In this document: piece by piece, positions 12,682-21,567 of the stretch
Numbering within the stretch: the stretch's first letter is position 1
Layout of the letters: every line of letters starts with the position of its first letter
Source of the DNA: Escherichia coli
GTDB lineage: Bacteria; Pseudomonadota; Gammaproteobacteria; Enterobacterales; Enterobacteriaceae
NCBI RefSeq assembly: GCF_041886205.1
Contig: NZ_CP169029.1
Reading direction: 5' to 3' (one strand)
DNA: 64,000 nt
Made by a program: the position numbers and the translations under genes
Notes under the pieces: model-generated
The model's input: only the letters and a program-made list of their open reading frames with translations
Databases searched by the model: none
What the model was told of the DNA's origin: nothing

Positions 12682-14013
12682 TTACCCTAAATCCGCCATC
12701 AACACTTTGGATTTACGCTGGTAGTTGTACAACTGCTTTTTGCTCTCGGGCAGTAAATCAATATCCACTGGGGTAAATCCACGTTCCTGGAACCAGTGAA
12801 TACTGCGCGTGGTCAGCACAAACAATTTGCTTAAGCCGCTCTGCTTCGCCTGAGCGGCAATGCGTTCCAGCAGAACTTCACCCCTTGATGAACTGCGGTA
12901 ATCCGGGTGAACTGCCACACAGGCCATTTCCCCAATCTTCTCTTCCGGGAACGGATAGAGCGCGGCGCAGGCAATAGTCGTGTTATCGCGCTGAATAATG
13001 GTGAATTTGTCGATTTCCATCTCCAGCTGCTCGCGAGAACGGCGTACCAGAATACCTTGCTGCTCCAGTGGGCGAATCAACTCCAGAATACCGCCAATAT
13101 CGTTGATTGTTGCGCGACGAATCTGCTCGGCGCTTTCCATCACAATCTGCGTACCGATACCGTCGCGTGAGAACAACTCTTGCAACAGCGCGCCATCTTC
13201 CTGATAACTGATTAAATGACAGCGACGCACGCCGCTGCGGCAGGCTTTCACTGCGCCACGCAAAAAGCGCACCGTACCGGAGTTGTAATCGCCTTTCTCT
13301 TCCTGGGCTTCTACCCGCGCTTGCGCTTCGTTAGGGAAAAGTTCGGAGACAATATCACCGTCGTCATTAGTGACGCCCTGGGAAGAGCAAAAACCAATCA
13401 TCTTTTCAGCTTTCAGTTTGATGGCCAGTTGAGTGGCAATCTCTTCCGAGGTCAGGTTAAAGCTCTCGCCAGTGACTGAAACAGCGACCGGCCCCATTAG
13501 CACTATTGCACCGCTGTCCAGTTGACGATGGATCGCGTCTTCATCAATCCGCCGGATACGCCCGCTATGGCAGTAATCCACGCCGTCATCGACGCCCAGC
13601 GGCTGGGCAATAATAAAATTGCCACTGACGACGTTGATATGCGCGCCCTGCAGCGGCGTGTTATTGAGACTCATCGACAGGCGAGCAGTAATATCCAGTT
13701 GCAATGTTCCCGCAGCCTGCTTCACCAGTTCCAGTGTTTTGGCGTCGGTCACACGTATATTCTTGTGATACAGCGGTTCGTGGTGATGCGCAGCCAGATT
13801 TGCGTCGATCTGCGGACGTGCGCCATAGACCACCACCAGACGGATGCCGAGGCTGTGCAACAACCCGATATCATTAACGATACTGGAGAAATTCTCATGC
13901 TCAATGGCTTCACCGCCGAGCATGATGACAAACGTTTTTCCCCGGTGGGTATTGATATAGGGAACCGAATGGCGGAATCCCTCGACCAGCTCGGTTTTAC
14001 GTTCCTTTACCAC
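12682..14013 (-). CDS. argA: amino-acid N-acetyltransferase (N-acetylglutamate synthase), 443 aa, GTG start
   Basis: Minus-strand ORF 12682..14079; trimmed to the GTG at 14011-14013 to give [36 protein letters not shown], the known ArgA N-terminus. Confidence 0.94.
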   Translation of the reverse strand: MVKERKTELVEGFRHSVPYINTHRGKTFVIMLGGEAIEHENFSSIVNDIGLLHSLGIRLVVVYGARPQIDANLAAHHHEPLYHKNIRVTDAKTLELVKQAAGTLQLDITARLSMSLNNTPLQGAHINVVSGNFIIAQPLGVDDGVDYCHSGRIRRIDEDAIHRQLDSGAIVLMGPVAVSVTGESFNLTSEEIATQLAIKLKAEKMIGFCSSQGVTNDDGDIVSELFPNEAQARVEAQEEKGDYNSGTVRFLRGAVKACRSGVRRCHLISYQEDGALLQELFSRDGIGTQIVMESAEQIRRATINDIGGILELIRPLEQQGILVRRSREQLEMEIDKFTIIQRDNTTIACAALYPFPEEKIGEMACVAVHPDYRSSSRGEVLLERIAAQAKQSGLSKLFVLTTRSIHWFQERGFTPVDIDLLPESKKQLYNYQRKSKVLMADLG

Positions 14014-14023
14014 GGCACACCTC

Positions 14024-14062
14024 TTTGCATGATTATTCGAAATTATTGTATTTTTATTCTGT
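14024..14062 (-). promoter_or_regulatory. candidate ArgR operator (tandem ARG-box-like sequence) at the argA promoter
   Basis: Minus-strand reading acagaataaaaatacaataatttcgaataatcatgcaaag directly upstream of the argA start resembles tandem 18-bp ARG boxes; argA is a known ArgR regulon member. Confidence 0.4.
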
Positions 14063-14244
14063 TTTTTCGCAGGGTGCAAGTGTAAATTTTATGCGAGAGC
14101 GACTTTTTTATCAGTAATGCCGTGAATATAAAAAGAATGTTTACCGTTTATTAGATGACAGATTATGCGTCTTTCGCTAAAGTTTCCGGTCAAATTAGTC
14201 GTTTACTTGTTACACAGCTTAGATTTCTTTTGCTCGGGAGAGGC

Positions 14245-15498
14245 ATGTCAGGATCCAACACTGCAATCAGCCGTCGTCGTTTACTGCAAGGCGCGGGTGC
14301 CATGTGGCTATTGAGCGTAAGTCAGGTCAGTCTGGCTGCGGTCAGCCAGGTCGTGGCGGTGCGCGTCTGGCCTGCGTCCAGCTACACCCGCGTGACGGTA
14401 GAATCAAATCGTCAGCTGAAATATAAGCAGTTCGCGTTGAGTAACCCGGAACGCGTGGTGGTGGATATCGAAGATGTAAACCTGAACTCGGTACTCAAGG
14501 GGATGGCGGCACAAATTCGTGCAGACGACCCGTTCATCAAGTCGGCGCGCGTCGGGCAATTTGACCCGCAAACCGTACGGATGGTTTTTGAATTAAAGCA
14601 AAACGTAAAACCGCAGCTGTTTGCCCTTGCGCCGGTCGCCGGGTTTAAAGAGCGTCTGGTGATGGACCTCTATCCGGCCAATGCACAGGATATGCAGGAC
14701 CCGCTGCTGGCGCTGCTGGAGGATTACAACAAAGGCGACCTCGAAAAGCAGGTGCCGCCAGCGCAAAGTGGTCCACAACCAGGTAAAGCAGGGCGCGATC
14801 GTCCGATTGTCATTATGCTTGACCCTGGCCACGGTGGCGAAGACTCCGGTGCGGTGGGGAAATACAAAACGCGCGAAAAAGACGTGGTATTGCAAATAGC
14901 TCGCCGTCTGCGCTCTCTGATCGAGAAAGAGGGCAATATGAAGGTGTACATGACGCGCAATGAAGACATCTTCATTCCGTTGCAAGTGCGCGTAGCAAAA
15001 GCCCAGAAACAGCGTGCTGACCTGTTTGTCTCTATCCATGCCGACGCCTTTACCAGTCGTCAGCCGAGCGGTTCCTCTGTGTTTGCGCTCTCAACCAAAG
15101 GTGCAACCAGTACTGCGGCAAAATATCTGGCACAAACCCAGAACGCCTCGGACTTGATTGGTGGCGTGAGCAAAAGCGGTGACCGCTATGTCGACCACAC
15201 CATGTTCGATATGGTGCAGTCGCTGACCATTGCTGACAGCCTTAAGTTTGGTAAAGCGGTACTGAATAAGCTCGGTAAAATCAACAAGCTGCATAAAAAT
15301 CAGGTTGAACAGGCCGGGTTTGCCGTACTAAAGGCACCAGATATTCCCTCCATTCTGGTCGAAACGGCGTTTATCAGTAACGTTGAGGAAGAGCGTAAAC
15401 TGAAAACGGCGACTTTCCAGCAGGAAGTTGCGGAGTCTATTCTTGCGGGAATTAAAGCGTATTTTGCCGATGGGGCGACGCTGGCGAGAAGGGGATGA
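14245..15498 (+). CDS. amiC: N-acetylmuramoyl-L-alanine amidase AmiC (417 aa, Tat signal)
   Basis: Internal ATG at 14245 (RBS gggagagg) gives [24 protein letters not shown]..., a twin-arginine signal; amidase_3 family; divergent from argA as in E. coli. Confidence 0.93.
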
Positions 15499-15507
15499 TG
15501 TTTTTAA

Positions 15508-15540
15508 TTTATTCAATGAATTTATGTTTCATTGAATAAA
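15508..15540. repeat. perfect 13-bp AT-rich inverted repeat (tttattcaatgaa / ttcattgaataaa, 7-nt loop) 10 bp after the amiC stop
   Basis: Read directly from sequence; lies at the left edge of the accessory island. Confidence 0.5.
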
Positions 15541-15689
15541 TATTATTTACATAAATGTTGAACGATGGTTTTGTGACTGCTGTCGAATATTTGAATATCG
15601 GCTTAAAAAATAAGCCTGTCATCTCTTTTATTAAGCACAATTCCGTGTAAGGTATACGCATTAGTTAATTATCTTGTAACTGTTAAATC

Positions 15690-15744
15690 AGGCAAGGCAA
15701 TGTTTGAAGTAATTATTACTTCTGACATGCCTTGCCTTTTTTTT
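15690..15744 (+). terminator. leader stem-loop plus U8 tract upstream of the antiterminator gene; candidate conditional (RAT-associated) terminator
   Basis: Outer stem aggcaaggca (15690-15699) pairs with tgccttgcct (15728-15737); inner palindrome gaagtaat-t-attacttc (15706-15722); followed by 8 T (15737-15744); ends 12 nt before RBS gggag and ATG 15757. Confidence 0.6.
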
Positions 15745-15756
15745 GGGAGCCATGGA

Positions 15757-16581
15757 ATGATCATCGAAAAAGTCATGAACAATAATTGTGTACAGGCATC
15801 GGTGAACGGACAGGAGGTTATCATTTCTGGGCCTGGCGTTGGTTACAATAAAAAATATGGTATGTCGGTCCCTGAGCATCCTGCAAACCGGATTTTTTAT
15901 GTCAGAAATGAGCAAAAAAATAAACTCTACAAATTGATTGAGCATGTGGGTATTGAGTATATTTTTGTTGCCGAAAAGATAGTGCATTATGCGGAGAGTA
16001 ATCTCGAAAAAAAACTCAATCCATCGCTACTACTGATTCTTGCTGATCACATTTCGAATGCAATATCCCGAGTCGTCTCAGGCATACAAATTAATAATGT
16101 TTTCCTTGAGGAAATCAAAGCGTTGTACAAAGCAGAGTATGCAATAAGTCGTGATGCATTAACAATCATTAATGAGCAATTTAGCGTTCAACTACCGGAT
16201 GATGAGATTGGTTTTATAGCATTGCATATTTTAAATAATTATGAAAATTCAGTTGATTATGAATCAGTAAGGATCATTGAGCTGTCTCAAAAAATCACGG
16301 AGCTTATTGAAGTTGTTTATAACAGAAGGGTGGACAGAAGTTCATTTAACTACTCCAGATTTATGATGCACCTTAAATATTTTTCTAGTCGTGTGTTATG
16401 TAATGAAAAAATAAAACAGAAAAATATTGGTGATATCTATGAGCAGTTTCTTGAAAAAGATTTTCAGTTACAACGTGCCATTCATGAAATTGAAAGATAT
16501 CTGTACGCAACTTTTAAATATGATTTGATTCTGGAAGAGAAACTATATCTTTCTATTCGCATCAAAGTATTAATGGACTAA
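15757..16581 (+). CDS. BglG/LicT-family transcriptional antiterminator (CAT RNA-binding domain + PRD domains), ~274 aa
   Basis: N-terminus MIIEKVMNNNCVQASVNGQEVIISGPGVGYNKK is the typical CAT-domain start; ATG 15757 is preferred over the track start 15700 because of RBS gggag and because 15700 lies inside the leader hairpin. Confidence 0.85.
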   Translation: MIIEKVMNNNCVQASVNGQEVIISGPGVGYNKKYGMSVPEHPANRIFYVRNEQKNKLYKLIEHVGIEYIFVAEKIVHYAESNLEKKLNPSLLLILADHISNAISRVVSGIQINNVFLEEIKALYKAEYAISRDALTIINEQFSVQLPDDEIGFIALHILNNYENSVDYESVRIIELSQKITELIEVVYNRRVDRSSFNYSRFMMHLKYFSSRVLCNEKIKQKNIGDIYEQFLEKDFQLQRAIHEIERYLYATFKYDLILEEKLYLSIRIKVLMD

Positions 16582-16612
16582 TTATACATAACATTTTCAT
16601 GAGATAACCAGT

Positions 16613-18193
16613 ATGAAACAAAAGAAAGCCTGGAGTTTTTTTCAGAGCCTGGGGAAGGCATTTATGTATCCCATCGCTCTGTTAAGTGTATGTGGTATGA
16701 TGTTAGGGCTGGGAAGTGGTTTAGCCAGCGATGATATGGGAAAATTCATTCCAGTGTTGGCTATTCCGTTAATTAAAACCATACTTGATTTTATTGTTAG
16801 CCTTGGTTTGTTTGCCTTCGTTAATTTACCTGTATTGTTTGCGATAGCTATACCTTTGGGATTATTAAAAGAGAAAGATGATAAAGCCTATGGCGCTTTT
16901 TCTGGCTTAATTGGCTTTATGGCGATGCATCTTGGAACGAACTTTTATCTTAAACAGCACGACTTATTGGTAGCTGCTGACCAAATGTCGACACATGGGC
17001 AAACCATCATACTCGGGATCCAGTCCTACAATACCAGCGTGTTGGGTGGGATTGTGGCAGGGTTATTAGTCGCCAGCATGTATAAAAAGATCGTTAACTT
17101 ACGTATTCCTGAATCATTAGGGTTTTATAGTGGCCCACGCCTTGTGCCTATCATTACACTGATTGTGATGAGTGGATTTGGTCTGTTCATTCCTTTTATC
17201 TGGCCGCCATTTTTCAATCTTTTCATGCTCATTGGTCACTGGATTTCAACTTCCGGTCCTGTTGGTTATTTCTTCTATGCTGTTGCCGAACGCGTGACGA
17301 TACCTTTTGGCTTAAATCACTTGGTGACATCAGTTTTCCGCTTTACCCCAATCGGCGGATCGGCAGTGATTGGCGGTGAAGAGTATTACGGCACCCTGAA
17401 CATGTTTATGGCATACGTCAAAGAGAATGCGGTCATTCCGCTGGATTTGGCGGGGAAAATGGAGCAGGGCAAACTGATGATTCAGTATGGTCTGGCTGGA
17501 GCCGCGCTGGCGATGTATCGCACTGCTCATGCTCAAAACAGAAGGGCTATCAAAGCATTGCTGATTTCCGGTGTGCTCACGGTAATTATTGGCGGCGTCA
17601 GCGAGCCGATTGAATTTCTGTTCTTATTTGTCAGCCCGCTGTTGTTTGTCTTCCATGCCTTTATGAATGGATTGGCTAACATGGTTCTGCCATATATGGG
17701 CGTGAAGATGGGCTTTACTGGCGATCTGATTCAATTTATTAGCTTTGGTGTCTTACGTGGCACAAGAACGGGATGGCCATTAGCGGTATGTGTTGAAGTG
17801 GCTTATTTCTTCATTTATTACTTTGTGTTCCGTTGGACCATTCTCAAATTTAACCTGATGACTGTAGGCCGTGAAGAGTCCAGTCCTGTCACGCTGAACG
17901 CTCACGAAGAAACTGCAATAGCTAACATCCCAGTTCATGATAAATCAGAGTTGCAGGCAGCGGAGCAAATGGTTAAGGCTCTGGGTGGTAAAGAAAATAT
18001 TAAATCACTGGATAATTGTGTAACTCGTTTGCGTTTAACTATCGCGGATATGGGATTGATAGATGAGGCTGCAATAAAAAGGGCCGGAGGAATTGCGGTT
18101 GTGAAACTTGATCAAAATACCTTACAAGTCATTATCGGTACAAAAGTCATCGCCCTACGTCGGGATATGGATAATTACATGGGGATATGTTGA
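16613..18193 (+). CDS. PTS system glucose-family EIICB component (MalX/PtsG-like), 526 aa, no EIIA domain
   Basis: Multi-span membrane domain followed by C-terminal EIIB with the cysteine motif NCVTRLRLTIADMG; N-terminus MKQKKAWSFFQSLGKAFMYPIALL resembles PtsG/MalX. Confidence 0.9.
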   Translation: MKQKKAWSFFQSLGKAFMYPIALLSVCGMMLGLGSGLASDDMGKFIPVLAIPLIKTILDFIVSLGLFAFVNLPVLFAIAIPLGLLKEKDDKAYGAFSGLIGFMAMHLGTNFYLKQHDLLVAADQMSTHGQTIILGIQSYNTSVLGGIVAGLLVASMYKKIVNLRIPESLGFYSGPRLVPIITLIVMSGFGLFIPFIWPPFFNLFMLIGHWISTSGPVGYFFYAVAERVTIPFGLNHLVTSVFRFTPIGGSAVIGGEEYYGTLNMFMAYVKENAVIPLDLAGKMEQGKLMIQYGLAGAALAMYRTAHAQNRRAIKALLISGVLTVIIGGVSEPIEFLFLFVSPLLFVFHAFMNGLANMVLPYMGVKMGFTGDLIQFISFGVLRGTRTGWPLAVCVEVAYFFIYYFVFRWTILKFNLMTVGREESSPVTLNAHEETAIANIPVHDKSELQAAEQMVKALGGKENIKSLDNCVTRLRLTIADMGLIDEAAIKRAGGIAVVKLDQNTLQVIIGTKVIALRRDMDNYMGIC

Positions 18194-19401
18194 TGGATAT
18201 TTTTAATACCTCAATTTCTCGTAAAGGAACATATTGCACACAATGGGACTTTTGTGAAGACAGATTTGGTGTAAAAGATGTATTACCATTCTCTATTTCA
18301 GATATGGATCTTCCGATACCGGAAGCTATCATCAGAACATTAAAAAAACGTCTGGAACACCCGATTTTAGGGTACAGTCGTTGGCAGCATGATGACTATC
18401 TGAATTCGATAGTCAATTGGTATCATCAACAATATAAAACAGAGATTCAACCAGAATGGATCACCTATAGCCCAAGCGTGATGTATTCAATATCTAAGGC
18501 AATAGAAATATTGACATTGAATGGAGATAATATTCTCATTTTCACGCCTGTTTATAACGCATTTTTTGATGTGATTAAGCATAATGGTCGAAACATGCTA
18601 ACAACCTCTTTGATGAAAGAAAATGGGAGAGGCTACGTTATCAACTGGCAAGACTTTGAGCTTAAAATTAAAAGCGCGAAGATGGTGTTATTATGTAATC
18701 CTCATAACCCGACAGGAACGGTCTGGTCGGAAGACGATCTTCACAGAATCGCAGCATGCTGTGCAAGGCATAATATTTGGTTATGTTCAGATGAAATACA
18801 TAGTGATTTTGTTTTTAATCATAGTTTCACGTCAGCGCTAACAATAAAAGATGACAAAGTGGTGGTGTTTAATTCGATTTCGAAAACATTTAATGTTCCT
18901 GCGCTAACCGGATCATATATGATTTCAACTGACGATAATTTTAATCATAAGTTCAGAACGATATCGAGGTATCGCGATTTCGTAAACTCCCCATCAGTAC
19001 TGAATGTAATTGCGACCATTGTTGCCTATAATGAATGTGAAGAATGGTTAAAGTCGTTAAAGGTACATATTGCCTCTAACATTCAATTTACTTTGCAGTA
19101 TTTAAATGAAAATATTCCGGAATTGATCGTATGGCCAGCTGAGGGCTGCTATTTTTCGTGGGTTGATTGCTCGGCCCTTGGTTATCCCTTTGATAAATTT
19201 TACCGTCGATTAATTAACGAAGGGAGAGTAGGTATTATGGCGGGGCATGTTTATGGTACTGAAGGAGAGGGCTATCTGCGTCTTAATCTGGCCTGCAGTC
19301 GAGAAAAATTATATATGGGGCTTGCGCGCCTTGCGAGTGTAATTAAAAATATTAATCAGGAAAAAGAAAATGAACAATACGGATCTTATCCATCTTATTA
19401 A
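18187..19401 (+). CDS. PLP-dependent aminotransferase class I/II fold protein, MalY/PatB-like cystathionine beta-lyase (C-S lyase), 404 aa
   Basis: N-terminal RKGTYCTQWDF...FGVKDVLPFSISDMDLP and the SISKTFN lysine motif are typical of MalY/PatB; start overlaps the PTS stop. Confidence 0.85.
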   Translation: MLMDIFNTSISRKGTYCTQWDFCEDRFGVKDVLPFSISDMDLPIPEAIIRTLKKRLEHPILGYSRWQHDDYLNSIVNWYHQQYKTEIQPEWITYSPSVMYSISKAIEILTLNGDNILIFTPVYNAFFDVIKHNGRNMLTTSLMKENGRGYVINWQDFELKIKSAKMVLLCNPHNPTGTVWSEDDLHRIAACCARHNIWLCSDEIHSDFVFNHSFTSALTIKDDKVVVFNSISKTFNVPALTGSYMISTDDNFNHKFRTISRYRDFVNSPSVLNVIATIVAYNECEEWLKSLKVHIASNIQFTLQYLNENIPELIVWPAEGCYFSWVDCSALGYPFDKFYRRLINEGRVGIMAGHVYGTEGEGYLRLNLACSREKLYMGLARLASVIKNINQEKENEQYGSYPSY

Positions 19402-19966
19402 ACGTTTTATGCGTAACGAACATAAAGCAGTAGAAGAGGTTATTGATTCCCCCCTTTCGGAAGTCGCGAATTTAATTAAAATATTACAATCTTGCCAGGG
19501 AAAAGTTGTTTTTATTGGTGTTGGGAAATCTGGCATTATTGCCAGAAAACTTGCTGCAACATTTGCCAGCACCGGAACTCCCTCGTTTTTTGTTCACGGT
19601 ACGGAAGCGGTACACGGCGACCTTGGGATGGTGGCGAAAGACGATGTTGTTATTCTTATTTCAAACAGTGGTGAGACGGCGGAAATCCTGGCGACACTGC
19701 CTAGTTTGAAAAAAATGGGTAATTATTTGATCTCTTTTACCCGCAGTCATCACTCATCGCTTGCGATAAGTTGTGATTTATCTGTTGAAATCCCCGTCAA
19801 AAGTGAGGCGGATAATTTAGGTTTAGCACCGTCATGCTCGTCTACTGTTGTTCTGGTTGTTGGTGATGCGGTGGCGCTTGCACTCTCTGAATTGAAAAAA
19901 TTTACTCGTGCTGATTTCGGCTTATATCATCCAGGAGGTGCACTCGGCATTAAAGCAAATTCATAA
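19370..19966 (+). CDS. single SIS-domain sugar-phosphate isomerase, KpsF/GutQ-like but lacking CBS domains (198 aa)
   Basis: VVFIGVGKSGIIARKLAATFASTGTPSFFVHGTEAVHGDLGMV...ILISNSGET matches the arabinose-5-phosphate isomerase SIS domain; overlaps the preceding gene by about 30 nt. Confidence 0.8.
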   Translation: MNNTDLIHLIKRFMRNEHKAVEEVIDSPLSEVANLIKILQSCQGKVVFIGVGKSGIIARKLAATFASTGTPSFFVHGTEAVHGDLGMVAKDDVVILISNSGETAEILATLPSLKKMGNYLISFTRSHHSSLAISCDLSVEIPVKSEADNLGLAPSCSSTVVLVVGDAVALALSELKKFTRADFGLYHPGGALGIKANS

Positions 19967-20037
19967 TTTCAAAGTATAAATACAGTAACCGGTCACGCCA
20001 TCTTTTGGGGTGGCGTTCATTGAAGTGAGTGTCAGCT

Positions 20038-20985
20038 ATGAAAAATGTTCTGGTCACCGTCCCCAACTTTTCAGCACGCTGTGTTTCCGCCAGCAAGTTG
20101 CTAAGAGAGAATAATTTTAATCTTATTATTAAGAATAATGTGGAGCATCTGCTTAAATCAGAATCCACTGCATTACGAGAATCTATTTGCGCGGTCATCG
20201 CCGGAAAAGATTGTTATCAGGCGGACACGCTATCATTGCTGCCTGGTGTGAAAATAATATCAAGATTCGGGACGGGGATAGATAATATTGATCTTCGTGC
20301 AGCACAACAATCCGGTATTGTAGTCAATAATGCGGTTGGGATTAATTCAAATGCTGTCGCGGAATTTATCATTGGACTTATCTTCGCGAGCATGAGAAAT
20401 ATTCCAGGCAGCTATCATGCGATGCAAAATGGCTACTGGGGTGAGTCGCATGGCTATGAATTACAAGGCAAACGGATTGGCATGGTTGGCTACGGCAATA
20501 TAGGTAAAACCCTGGCAAAAAGGTTATCCGGTTTTGATGTTGAGCTTTTAGCTTATGACAAACAACCCGATTATCAGGTTGCTGACAAAGTTGGAGTTCA
20601 GTTTGTATCAATTGAAGATATCTTTATGCAGTCGCATGTCATCATTGTTCTTTTGCCTTTTTCTCCTGAGCTGGAGAACTTCATTAGTCATAAATATTTG
20701 TCGATGATGCGCAATGGTGCTCTAATCATCAATGCCGCAAGGGGAAAGTTGCTGGATGAGGGCGCTTTACTACAGGTGATTGAAGAACGAAATGTGTTTG
20801 CGGCGCTGGATGTGTTTAGCTCTGAACCGTTGGCGCAATTTAGCCCACTGCTACATGCCAAAAATATCATTACAACGCCGCATATTGCGGCCGCCACCGT
20901 TGAGTCATACCAGCAAACCGGTACACACGTTGCCCAGTCGATAATTGATTACTTCGCAGGAAGGGAGATAAAAAACGTGTTGTGA
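20038..20985 (+). CDS. D-isomer-specific 2-hydroxyacid dehydrogenase family NAD-binding protein (~315 aa)
   Basis: Rossmann motif GKRIGMVGYGNIGKTLAKRL and the family pattern ...LLPFSPELENFIS...; ATG 20038 preferred over the GTG at 20029 (uncertain). Confidence 0.8.
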   Translation: MKNVLVTVPNFSARCVSASKLLRENNFNLIIKNNVEHLLKSESTALRESICAVIAGKDCYQADTLSLLPGVKIISRFGTGIDNIDLRAAQQSGIVVNNAVGINSNAVAEFIIGLIFASMRNIPGSYHAMQNGYWGESHGYELQGKRIGMVGYGNIGKTLAKRLSGFDVELLAYDKQPDYQVADKVGVQFVSIEDIFMQSHVIIVLLPFSPELENFISHKYLSMMRNGALIINAARGKLLDEGALLQVIEERNVFAALDVFSSEPLAQFSPLLHAKNIITTPHIAAATVESYQQTGTHVAQSIIDYFAGREIKNVL

Positions 20986-21011
20986 GTTCAGCGAACGAAG
21001 TTTTTAAATAC

Positions 21012-21047
21012 AAAAAAACCGCAATTTGTGGAACACATTGCGGTTTA
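21012..21047 (-). terminator. rho-independent terminator of the tRNA-fMet operon (8-bp GC-containing stem followed by U7 on the minus strand)
   Basis: Stem accgcaat (21018-21025) pairs with attgcggt (21037-21044); the plus-strand A7 at 21012-21018 reads as U7 after the hairpin on the minus strand; 17 bp from the metV 3' end. Confidence 0.7.
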
Positions 21048-21063
21048 TCAGCATTCTAAGTAT

Positions 21064-21140
<77 letters not shown>

Positions 21141-21172
21141 TCACCGTACTGCTTTATTTCATCAAATTTGAT

Positions 21173-21249
<77 letters not shown>

Positions 21250-21282
21250 TCACCGTACTGCTTTACTTCATCAAATTTTAAT

Positions 21283-21359
<77 letters not shown>

Positions 21360-21365
21360 TCCGTG

Positions 21366-21400
21366 GATGCGCACTATACTCCGCTCGCGTTTTCATGCAA
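21366..21400 (-). promoter_or_regulatory. candidate sigma70 promoter of the metZWV operon (TTGCAT-N16-TATAGT with GC-rich discriminator)
   Basis: Minus-strand reading ggTTGCATgaaaacgcgagcggagTATAGTgcgcatcc immediately upstream of the first tRNA 5' end; the GCGC discriminator is typical of stringently controlled stable-RNA promoters. Confidence 0.55.
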
Positions 21401-21567
21401 CCTTTTTTTTACCCCGATCACGGATTTGGCATGATTTTGAACAAAAACAAATCAGTAAAGCCTATTTTTTGTGCAAAATTTGCGTCAGGGAGAGGCTGCT
21501 CATTTCATTAAACGCGGCGGTTTGTTATCTTCGTTGCGCCTTATTTTTTAACCTGAAGAAGAGAACA

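Noticed and set aside
12682-14079. Extended 465-aa argA, 447-aa amiC (from 14155), 413-aa csdA, 281-aa xni and 1183-aa recB reading frames from the ORF track
   Set aside because: Upstream extensions lack RBS and disagree with known N-termini; internal starts reproduce the established protein lengths (443, 417, 401, 251 and 1180 aa).
15700-15756. ATG at 15700 as the start of the antiterminator (track ORF 15700..16581)
   Set aside because: It lies inside the leader terminator hairpin and has no RBS; the ATG at 15757 has RBS gggag and yields the canonical BglG-family N-terminus.
20029-20037. GTG at 20029 as the start of the 2-hydroxyacid dehydrogenase
   Set aside because: The ATG at 20038 is the first canonical start; neither has a strong RBS, so the call uses 20038 with uncertainty noted.
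15499-21063. Island as an intact mobile genetic element (integrative island, prophage or transposon)
   Set aside because: No integrase, recombinase, transposase, terminal inverted repeats or tRNA-derived direct repeat could be found by eye; it is reported only as a tRNA-adjacent accessory island.
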